This document shows, piece by piece, positions 13,500 through 23,826 of a stretch of DNA of 64,000 bases. Within the stretch, counting starts at the first letter, position 1; each line of letters begins with the position of its first letter. Source of the DNA: Chlorokybus atmophyticus (taxonomy: Eukaryota; Plantae; Mesostigma and Chlorokybus algae). A model generated the notes under the pieces. It was not told the origin of the DNA. It ran no database searches and saw nothing but the letters and a program-made list of their open reading frames with translations. The translations under genes were made by a program, and so were the position numbers. Location of the stretch: NCBI GenBank assembly GCA_009103225.1, contig RHPI01000385.1:120175-184174 (forward strand), read 5' to 3'.

Positions 13500-13950
13500 A
13501 GAAGCCCCTCAGACGTTGTGGCTCCGCCCCTCGCACTGTGGCGCACACAAACACAGCACATGCTTGAAGTCCGCTCCCCGCGTCCTCTGCGTCTCCATCG
13601 CGAGCGGGTAGAAGGTGTCTCCTGGCGGATAATCACCATACTTGCGATGCTTCGCCGCTTCCGGCATATGCACAGCCGCACGAGCTCGATCCCCACACAC
13701 CGTGACTATGACGTCCAGCAGCAGCTTCCTGTCGCGGCCTGGCACGGATGCCACCAGGTCCAACCGTGCGGCCCTGCCCCTCTGCCCCGCCCTTCTGCCC
13801 CGCTCCTCCGCCTCGCCCCTTTCCTCGCGCCTCAACTGTCATGTGCGACAGCTGCGTGACTGGCTGCACTGCATCAGTGCCGTTGCTGGCAGTTGGATGG
13901 TGGGGTTGGTGTCTGTATGTCCTTTGCACGGGCACGTGTAATGAATGGCC
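13500..13950 (-). mobile_element. Remnant of a non-LTR retrotransposon C-terminus (restriction-like endonuclease, CRE/NeSL-type)
   Basis: RAARLDLVASVPGRDRKLLLDVIV...AAKHRKYGDYPPGDTFYPLAMET matches the R-x-D...D-V...K..KY...F-PLA-ET pattern of RLE domains. No RT remains. Confidence 0.55.
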
Positions 13951-14189
13951 TGCTCCCCATGCAGTGCCAATGCGTGATGCGTCATGCGCGTCACCGTTGG
14001 GGATGTTGCAAGTACTTCACCGTCCATCATGTCCAGTAGTACTGCTGCGCAACACCCTTTGCCTTAGAGTCGATAGGAGCTTCTTCATTGGATGGCCATC
14101 ACACTGCATGCATCGATCAAGTCCGCCATGGCCATCGCAAGATGTAATCCATAAGTACTGATATGTAAGTACACACGCGTATGAAGCGT

Positions 14190-15656
14190 GCTATGTACTA
14201 TGTAAGTACTACTATGTAGTACACATGCGTATGAAGCGTGCATAGTGCGAATCAATCACGCCCAACTTCATTGTTGTTGGAGTGGACTCGAGACTGGTAA
14301 TGACGCACAATTTCTGGCTAGGCCAGTATAGAAGGGTAGGTCCCTTTTGCTGTACAGTCGCGTGCAAAACCCCTCCCTCGTGTAAACCACTGCCAAGACC
14401 AAAAAGGGAAGCAAGGTGCTCTGCGCTGTTTGCGCGACAGTCATGTGGCGAATGCAACCGTCCTCCTGGCACATGTGGGGCTGTATATAGCAAGCAGGCA
14501 TGTCCGCCACAAAGACATCATTGATGCAACGCAAGACTCCGCGTGCCAATTTTGACAGCAGCTGTGTGTTGCCTTGCCAGCTAGTAACCTCAAATAGTAG
14601 CCTCAATTGCTGCATGAACTCCAATTCACACGATAGCAATTAGCCATTGGCTAAATGCACAGCTACATTATTTTACCTAAAATGCATATGCGCTGCCTAT
14701 ACAGCTCGTCGGCTCGGCAGCAGTGCGCAAGTACAAGTTGTTCAACAGAAACTTTAGCATGTCATACAGGCACTGCGCAGTGAATGGGCGCCAGTCATCA
14801 TCATTGTTTGAGATTGCTGCTATTGTCCAGTGGTGCTGCACATATCTATTTAACTGTACATTCACATGCGGACACGTTGCTCGCACCTTCGCCGCTTGCA
14901 TGTGAAAAATAGCGTTCACTAGGCGCGTCATGCGCTGCAGTAACTCAGCGGGCTGTATCTTTGTATACAGGGTGGTGAAACCCCATATTTGCAGCTGCAC
15001 GTGTTGTCGCTTGTCACTGATTGTGCTTGTGGTGTTGAACACTTTTTGCAATCGGCAAAATGCCATTGTGTCCGTCATGATCCCATTGTTGCGTATCGCC
15101 GGCAGTCCTACTGTCTTTGACCAAAGATCGTGCCACACTTGCTGCATGCATTAGTACGCCCCCCNNNNNNNNNNNNNNNNNNNNNNNNNNNNNNNNNNNN
15201 NNNNNNNNNNNNNNNNNNNNNNNNNNNNNNNNNNNNNNNNNNNNNNNNNNNNNNNNNNNNNNNNNNNNNNNNNNNNNNNNNNNNNNNNNNNNNNNNNNNN
15301 NNNNNNNNNNNNNNNNNNNNNNNNNNNNNNNNNNNNNNNNNNNNNNNNNNNNNNNNNNNNNNNNNNNNNNNNNNNNNNNNNNNNNNNNNNNNNNNNNNNN
15401 NNNNNNNNNNNNNNNNNNNNNNNNNNNNNNNNNNNNNNNNNNNNNNNNNNNNNNNNNNNNNNNNNNNNNNNNNCCCTTTGTCAGCCGGATGCTGGCATCT
15501 AACAATGATGTGCGCGACGCTGCTGTTATGAAACGCGGCTTGGGCAAGTCGTTATGCCGTTTGTACATCATGTATATATGCGGCAATCTTGCTAATTATC
15601 GTGACATGGTTGTTTGACAGGCATGTGCTTCGTTCCATGGAGCATAGTGCTACAGC
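14190..15656 (-). mobile_element. Penelope-like element RT (Naiad/Chlamys-type), degenerate; 3' half left of the giant insertion
   Basis: Fragments LPHIYMMYKRH..PKPRFITAAS..LTK, FTTLYTKI, MLKFLLNNLYL, AVHLAN..ELEFM, RCINDVF (RYIDD equivalent), LYSKRD and LGVIDSHYARFIRMC occur in the correct order, with stops, frameshifts and an assembly gap. Confidence 0.75.
15165..15473. other. Assembly gap (N run)
   Basis: Run of N flanked by C tracts. Confidence 1.
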
Positions 15657-15661
15657 TGATG

Positions 15662-15726
15662 TGTCAAGGTGAAAACCTTAATAAGGGAAAAGCCCTTGAC
15701 ATTGTTGGCATTTCTCCCCCGTTACA
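15662..15726 (+). repeat. 5' LTR, internally deleted (65 bp)
   Basis: 15662-15701 is the near-exact reverse complement (about 38/41) of 36308-36348. 15704-15726 matches the 3' LTR end at 36618-36638. Confidence 0.65.
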
Positions 15727-15728
15727 TT

Positions 15729-15740
15729 TGGTATCGGAGC
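15729..15740 (+). other. Primer-binding site, initiator tRNA-Met type
   Basis: TGGTATCGGAGC (consensus TGGTATCAGAGC) lies 2 nt after the ...GTTACA LTR end. Confidence 0.8.
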
Positions 15741-16493
15741 AAGGTCCTCCTTGTGGGTGGGCCTTATTGTGTTGTGGTTATTTATTGTGGTAGAGCAACG
15801 CCGCCAGCAAGCCACTAGGCCGCTAGCGGCGCCGCCGTTCACATCCTCCAGGTCAGAAGCCTGGCAAGCCATCTACTGCGCAGCCTCCTGCGCAACAGCC
15901 TGCGACGCAGCAGGTACCATCGTATCGGCCGCCGGACTGACTGCCGCGCGTCAGTTCCTGCCCCCTTGCGGTCGACCGCCGCCAGGCCAGCGGCAACCAA
16001 AGCCTGGCAAGTCGCCACGACTAGCCAGACTTTCAACATAAACAAGCAACAAATTAGCTTGAATAGGTTGTTTTGTGCTAATCTGGCCCCTCTTCCTTGT
16101 GGAGAGGTGGATGTGCGTGAGTGTTTGCTGGCTCGCGTGCATTGTGTGCGTATTTGTGCACAATTAATAGCAAAAAGTGCCTCTCGAGATAATCCCCTCA
16201 ATAATTGAGGGAGCCTCTCGGATGTTCCTCTGCGCTGCAATAGAGCACTTGGTCATTGTGTTGCTTTGCTTTGCATCGCAATCGGTGACAGCACTCACTC
16301 ACACGTTAACACCATTCTTTGAGTGGCATTACACTCAATTTTACAACACGAGCAGCCCCAGGCATCGTTGCAATATGTTTTCCCTGCCAGCCGACGAAAT
16401 ATCGGCAGCGGCCGTGCACCTGAGGATATTAATTTAGACTGTCGTGGCTCAGTGCGCCTGTAATCTCGATACAGGGACGTAATAGTAACTTCC

Positions 16494-16885
16494 GTTACTA
16501 TCAGGCCCTTTTTGTTACAATTCGGTCTTTAACAGTTGACTATGCCTAGTTAACAGGCGCTTGTTAGTTACCTATCAGGCCTTAACAGGTGACTTTATAT
16601 AATTAACAGGCACCTGTTAGTCACACATCAGGCCTTAACATGTGACTTTATATAATTAACAGGCACCTGTTAGTTACACATCCGGCCTTACGAGGTGACT
16701 ACAACTAATCAACGGGCACCTGTAAGTTACACATCAGGCCTTAACGGGTAATTACACCTAATTAGCAGGCACTTGCAAATTACATATCAGTCCTACTTAG
16801 GTGACTCAGCCTATGTGACAGGCACTTGCAGGTTACACACCAGTCCAGCGCAGGCGACTAAGCCTAATTCACAAGCACCAACTAG
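16494..16885. repeat. Tandem array of about seven 53-bp units, each with a TAACAGG-CA-CCTGTTA palindrome
   Basis: Unit starts at 16551, 16604, 16657, 16710, 16763, 16816 and 16869 (period 53). Units diverge progressively to the right. Confidence 0.9.
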
Positions 16886-17239
16886 GTAATTATTAACAAA
16901 ATAAGGCATTCTTTAACAACTGAAGGTGATCAATGCCTAACTGTCGTCATATGTGTTTGCATAGCTTAACCACACGCGACTGTTACTGACTGCCAGCATT
17001 GTTATGTGCCTGTGTTGTGTACATGTACCTGAAATGTGTACAGTGCCTCTCAGTCACTTGCCAAGGCTTGTAGTTCAATTATGTGACTTGAATGCAGTTC
17101 TGTTGTATATCATAGGGATGCAAGTATTGACATGCATGAGCATAATAACGATTGACTAAGCTGGTTTAAGATGCACAACACTCAGTCACAAGAGCCTTGT
17201 AGCTATGTACACTACCAGCTAAACGGACTACAAACTGCG

Positions 17240-19073
17240 CTACAGCTCCTTTCTATCATCGCTTTGCTCGTCATCATGGAACAAAGCACCATGCGCTGGG
17301 GCCTGTGGAGGAGACACTGGAGCTTGCTCTTCCTCCTCAAACGGTTGTGCCAGCCAATCAAATGCCGCTTCTGCCTCAGCGAGCGTGTCACGAGCTGCTG
17401 CCTCTTGCGGCCGGCGCTGATTGGGATCTTTCATGTATTCGACACAAGATGCAGTGCGGCGTTTCACAAGGGTGAATGGCTGGAGGGCTGCGTACCGTTG
17501 CCTCATCTCCCGCTTCATTAACATGAGCATGGTGTTGATTTCGCTAAGATACTCTTCATGTGTGTCGATGCTGGCAGCTAGAAGAGGGTCTCCATCTTTG
17601 CCCTTTATGATGCGCTCCACCTGCGTAGTTTACAAGCATGTCTTAATGGCGTCGAAAGCCACTATTCACTGCAACGCGTCTGCAAGCCTGTAGTTTAGGG
17701 CTACAACATTCCTGAATTGCTAATGATGGATTTCAGAGTGCTCAGCGTAAACAACAGGTATGCGAGGTGGTTGACTGTCAGTTGCCGGCGACCAGGTGTA
17801 GTGACGGCGTAAGACCAGCATTGCACGATCATTTGCCAGATTATGGGATTACCCCATTCATGGAAGTATTTCCTCCGCTCCGGGTCTGCATTGTCGGTCA
17901 CCTCAAATCTCCGCCATGACTTGTCTGCGACGGTCATGTAAACAAGGCATCAGTCACAATATGGATAGTTCAAGTTGAGCCTGCACCTGGCTAGAATAGT
18001 GCCTTTGTCTTACTTTGGAGCGCGCTGCGCATCTGGGCTTTTGGGGTCTCGGGGTCCATTAAGGCGTCGATGTGCCTGATTGAATCTGATTGCGTTACAA
18101 TAGGCGAGATGCGTATGTGTGTATGGAGGCTGAGTAAGAAGGCAGTGTTGCATAGCAGACATGGTGGTGAGGGATCCAACTCACTTGCACTTGTTGCTGT
18201 TAAACAGTGTCCACTTGTACTCCTTCTCAAGGACATGCTTGATCTTGGTGACGTTCTCAGACCCGACCTGCGTAGCTTTCTTCAAGGCGACACTCCAGTG
18301 GAAGGGGCACTCCTTGGGCGTCCAGTACACCTCATAGAACTTGGCCGCATCGGCCTCGTCGCCATGGTCGAAGCCAACTACCTGTCATCGGCAGGTTGGT
18401 CAGTGTCACGGTGCAGTGCGGTAATGAAGCATTCACAGCACCTGACACATGACGTTACGAATAGTGTCCTCCTTGGGATAAATGTGGCTCTCTACCCAAT
18501 GGCCGTTTATGATTTCGACGACGGCATCTCGCAAATGCTGACCACAGAAGAACAATCCATTACACACATACACACAGTGTCACAGTGTCACACAGTGCTT
18601 ACCTCGCTGCCACTCTTCCACTTGCTTGGGGAAGGGTTGCTGACGGCCGAGGTTGCCACGTCACGGCCAAATGCGTTTGGGTTGGGGGTTCCAATCGACC
18701 CTCTACAAGCACAACCACATGAGTCATGCTGCCAGCCATGAAAGATGCAACCCTCACAGTTGAGAAAGAAGAACAACGTGCACAGTGTATCCAGAACGCA
18801 CGCAGTGAGTCACTGTGCCAGTCTTGAAAGAAGCAAGCATCCAAGTTGGAAGTTGAGCAAGAAGCAACGTGCACAGTGCATCAAAAACGCATGCAATCTA
18901 GCTTGCCCTTGCGACTGCGGTGTCAGGTGGAGTTGTTGTGATGTGCTGGGCATCAGCGCGGGGTCTTGCTGCGATTGGTTGGCGACGGTTGCCTGGTTGA
19001 ACACTGGGGGCAATGTGGACAGTTGGCGCCGACCTCCACGACGAAGTGCACCTACGGATGGACCACGAGGCAT
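17240..19073 (-). pseudogene. Intron-containing orphan cargo gene A (unknown function, probably slightly degraded)
   Basis: GT-AG introns restore one frame over consecutive exons: ...PSKWKSGSE|HLRDAVVEIINGHWVESHIYPKEDTIRNVMCQ|VVGFDHGDEADAAKFYEVYWTPKECPFHW...NKCK|HIDALMDPE...LQ|NKSWRRFEVTDN...; last exon VERIIKGKDG...DRKEL*. One junction near 17650-17700 could not be resolved without a stop. Confidence 0.55.
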
Positions 19074-19459
19074 CTCTCTAACTGATAGTCGGTTGCCGCC
19101 TGTTTAGCTGATAGTGGCGCCTCCAACGCTGCCGCCGCCGGTTGGCCCGCCCGAATGTACGAGGCGCGAAAACGAAAATGAGGCGGTTTTGAACGTCTAG
19201 TGTCCCGCACTAGAGTCGCACTTGTAGTGCGTCCTTGCTCCTATGGTTGATGGTACGTCTTATGCATTCGTGCCATCCATGCTTCGTACAACCATTAATA
19301 CCAATGGTTGTGTCGTAACATTTATGGTACGACAGAGGCATCTCTCGTCCAACCCCAACCATTGCCGTACAATGGCTCAATGAATGGTACGACAGAGCCA
19401 TTGTACAGAGGCATTGCTCAGCCCAAATGGGAGTTAGCGTGCACTCACCCAAACACGCT

Positions 19460-22400
19460 TCATTGATGGCCGGATGATGGCACGCAGGGGCACTAGGTCG
19501 ATGATGGGTCGAATGTTAGGCATAATGGGCCTGGGTTTGAGTAGGAGGCGGAGGACCAGGAGTCGGAGGCGGCGGCGGTGGCGGCGTGGCACATCTTGCG
19601 AGAAGTTGTAGTCGTAAGAGTTCAAGCAGCGAAGCCAGCTACTACCGGGCGCCACGTCATGGATCATGGCAGGCGTCAGCAATGGGGCTGTCCAACATGC
19701 ATCACCAATATTGGACAAACCAGCAGGCAAGCCATTAAGGACCATCTTTACACAGAGAGCTGCTTGGTGGCTCGCTTTCTGCAACAAGGAGTGGATTACG
19801 AGCTGCACTCCTTGGAGCCTCTTATCAGAACCATGCGAGACCAATTGCGGCTATGGGAACAAGCACAAAGGAATGCAGAGGTACGCTCAACAGTCACATG
19901 CATTTCCTTGCAAGAGCAATTTATTTTTTAGCGCAGTCCATGTGATACATGTAGCGTGGCTGCAGGCCTCCACTATTCACCCATACCCACCCTACAGTCA
20001 AGCCAACATTGCGAAAGCCAGAGCAGATAGACAGAGCTGGGCGGTATGTTGTTGCCAATCTCGCTGTGCATGTTGACTGCATGCACCTCCAATGCATGCC
20101 TACCTTTGCATACTAGGATGTGCGTGAGCGTGCGAAGTCGCGCGCGCGTGCCGAACGAAGTAGGCTGGGTTTGAGCACATGAGCGTGTGGCCATTTGTCC
20201 GGCATTCAACCAATAGTGCATCAACTAGCAATGACGCAATCCATGCAATCATTTGTGCATCAACCAGCAATGCCGCAGGTGACTGTTCGAAGCAACCAAC
20301 TGATGACGGTGTGACGCAGTTGACTATTGCAATTGCAGTGTCGCAAGCATGCAGCTAACCCACATGTAATTGGTTGACAGCACCACAGTACACTAGGTCC
20401 TGTTGGAGCTCCTATGCAAGCCTGGCTTCAATCCCATCAACTAGTCCTTCAATCCCACTTGCTGATGTGCGCGGCGTCAATGCGGCATCAGTTTAATGTG
20501 CATGTTGGCCTGTTGAATCCCGACATGTCCATTGGGGCAGTGGCGCATAATGTGCCCATGGCTCACGAGCTCCGTGACGAGTCTGCGATCGAGGGTGGCG
20601 GGGAGAGTGCACCCAATACCACATTGTCAGCCCCCATGGCTTCCCCTGCTCCATGCAGCCCACGGGCCACTGAGGTAAGTCGCTGCCTTTTTTGCTCGTG
20701 CCTTGGTAACAAGTGCGTTAGGCACTGCACAAGCTTATATTCGTCCTTTGCAACATTGTGAGCCATCTCATCCTGGGTCCTGTATACAACCCCCCTTGCT
20801 GCATGCACAAGTGGTCTCACCTGCCGCTCTCTTGCTCCCCTCGCAGCCAGAGCGCAACCACCTTCCGCGGCACCAGTCCTTCATGCACTGCCATCTCCTC
20901 CACAAGAAGCACCGGTGATTGCGGGGCAACAATCCTTCTTGCCGCCACCGGCGAGACCACAGCACAATGCAACAATCGATGTGGCTTCTGCACCTACCTT
21001 ACCCCACCCGCTGCAAGTTGAAGCCGGCAGTCTGCCCCAAGCTTTGGTACTTTATCAGTCACTGTGACTCTTGCCGTCCACATTTGGACACACCATTTGA
21101 GTGCTGTATGCGCATGCAGCAGGGGTCACCACCTGCCAGCGAGTCATCAGAGGAGCTAGACGCAACCCGCATACGGCCATCAATCATGTTAGGTGGCCAG
21201 CTCGCCTCATGGGACCACTTCAATGCGCCAACGGATGGTAATTGCTTGTATCATTGTGCATTTCGCGCCAGGCCATCCATAGCGCAAAGGGTCCTGGATG
21301 ATCATAAATGCCCCAGCTCGAGCAGATTTTGGGCCATGCTGGACACCATGGACGACGACGGCACGGGGGACACTCTCCGCAAAATCACCGCCAAGGTTGT
21401 CAATGCAGGCGTGGCGAGCAGAATCCTAGACTTCTGCAGAGCCACTGGTGCCGCGGGAGAGATGGCGCAGTATTATGACGAACTGCCTGCGACCATGTTG
21501 GCTGATGTCAATTGCAACATTGACATAGCCATGACCAAAGTGCAACAGATCGTGCGGAGAAAAGATGTGTGCGTCAAGCACCTGCAGATGACCATGTTTG
21601 CCAACAAGCTGGGCTTGTTGATTGGTTGCGTGACCGTTTAGCGCGAGCATGGGGAGTGGATGCCATGGCCCAGCAGCGCAGTTTGGGTTGGAAATAAAGA
21701 AGCCCCCAACTCAGTCCTGGTGGTGGGCAACACTGCTCCTGATGAGCCAGAAGCACACTTTTGGCTCCTCAAGCCTGCAAGCACCGAACACTGGTCGTGG
21801 CCTATGCATGAAGTGCCACCGGAGGTAACAGACCAGATCGGAGAGTGGCGGAATGGCGTTGCACAACAATTCAGCACCCTCCCTTCATGCCGCGGAGACT
21901 CACTTGCCACCGCACTCTAACCATCTGGAGGCATCTCCATCAAGAAGCAGCTGTAGCTCGCCCTCTCCCTCTAAGCTTGCCACATTGATCCCAGCCTGTC
22001 TTGTTGGTAAAGAGATTGATCGAGGTGTCCTGAAAGCTGCGCTGAAAGACAAAGGCTTCATGCGCGACCTCATGAAGCAACATGAGGTCGTAGAGGAACG
22101 GGAGGCAACCAACAAGCGCAAGGCTGTGGAGCAAGAAGAGAACGCCTTACCTCCTCTCAGTGACAGTGCCACGGAGAGCGCCTGCCAGGATGTGCAGGTT
22201 GACAAAAAAAGAAGAAGAAGGTTGTTGGAACAAAGGACGCTGACAGGATTAAATAAGGAAAGGTGAGGCATTGTTACAACGTTAGAAGAAGCACAGCGCC
22301 TTGAAGCCTCAATGGGGCTGACTGTGTGTCCTGAGTAGGCACAGGCGGGTTTACAGCGTCAAGTGGCTGCTCAGCATCCTCCAGAGAGACAGCCGGTGAG

Positions 22401-23363
22401 GCACGAGCTGCCTAAGCTCAAAGCACCGACGCGCAGACGCTTTGAGGGGCTGACTCGTAGTGCAAAGGAGTTGATCGCCCTGCAATACGCCCAAGACGCG
22501 CTGCATCACCGCATGCGGCATGCCTCGAGGTGGGTGACGAAAGTATGCAATAAGTGGGAGCAAACGCGGAGAGTGCGGTCTGAACAGACCTCTGAGGGTT
22601 GGCCATGGTTGGAACCCATACACGATATGGACCTCCGTAGTACGTTGTTGCCCCTCGCCGTCCTCGATATGATGGTGTTGTTGCTGCCGCAGATGTGCAA
22701 GAGCTATCCGCGGAGCAAAATTTCGACCTGCTGCAGCAGATGTACCTGTCGATGTCGACTAATGCGGGTTGAGATGTGTGCCACTACCTAAGCAAACATA
22801 CTGGGTGGCAAGTAAAACCATTCGAGCTGTACTTGGCATGCTTTGACTGGCAGTGGCTGTATGTCATACGGCACGTCGAGCTGATTCTGTGGAAGCGCGA
22901 AGAAAATGACGATGCGGGGGAGTACACGAGTGACGACAGCCATGTCGAGGGCCTGGATGAACGCATGCTTGACGAGACCATCAAGACCAGCAGGTGGTGT
23001 ATGGCGGCAGATGGGCAACAGGTGATCAAGCAGGCAGTGGAGCGTTATGCTGCGCCATTCAGATGGGAGTCGCTACGCCTGCGACGCGATAACAGAGTTT
23101 GGTGGCAGAGGCAGCTTGCACACCCGCGTGCACCATGTGTGCTGATTTGTCGCATTGAAGAGCCACCCCCCCCAGCGGATGGGGAGACGCCCTGTTGCAA
23201 GAAAGCGATGTGCCATGTCTGCATCATAGCACATCAGAAGACTGTGGCAAACAAATCAAAGAATCTACAAGCGTGTCCATTCTGCAAGCAACCTCACCCG
23301 TTTTGGTCGCCACGCCTGATGCAAGACGCCAACGTGTCGGCGGTGATTTGGCCCCCGTCTTAA
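19460..23363 (+). pseudogene. Cargo gene B: C2HC Zn finger - OTU-like cysteine protease - charged coil - C-terminal RING finger (degraded, possibly more than one gene)
   Basis: WGCPTCITN..IKDHLYTESC (about 19685-19765). OTU motif FNAPTDGNCLYHCA (Cys codon 21243) with distal AHFWLL His (21756) in the same frame across one TAG (21639). RING-like TPCCKKAMCHVC...CPFC (about 23185-23290). Confidence 0.6.
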
Positions 23364-23826
23364 TGCCAATTGTGCATGTATTGTAGTTTTGTGTTGGCTT
23401 CCTGTGAACCATGTAGGTACATGTATAGTTGCAGCATGGTGCATGGTGCACCAGAGATCTGCTGTTGTTAGAAGCATTGGCTGTACATGTGTATGATGAC
23501 TGCCCGGCGCATGAGTCAGTGCATGGCTTGCATACCTCGCTGGTTTAGAGCGTGGTTGACAGCAACAAACTCGGACAGCGCTCTGGGTTCCATGGCATGA
23601 CAGCACAGTATTACTCTACGATCGTGGTAGTATGCGAGTATCCTTGTACTGTAGTACCATTAACAGATGGAGTACCATGCATGATACTGCAATAGCGTAT
23701 CAGGTACAGTCGTGCTTCACTTGAAGTTTGACCCATTTATGGTTCGTAAGCTGGCAACCCTAAATTGATGCCCATACCCTAAAGTCTCGCTCAGTTTGTG
23801 GGCAGCCGTGCCAATTCCTATTTTAC

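Noticed and set aside
15014-15617. ORF-track entries spanning N runs (also 47971-49151)
   Set aside because: Their length comes from X codons in assembly gaps; only the flanking fragments were used.
15750-16041. Pro/Gln-rich frames just after the PBS as a second gag
   Set aside because: Short, interrupted, and without any recognisable gag motif.
16494-16885. Palindromic repeat array as a possible CRISPR
   Set aside because: The sequence between palindromes is itself repeated (no unique spacers), there are no cas genes, and the context is eukaryotic.
19198-19229. TAGTG / CACTA motifs as CACTA-element termini
   Set aside because: No matching inverted end or TSD was found near 29-30.8 kb or 16.9-17.2 kb; the site lies in a divergent promoter.
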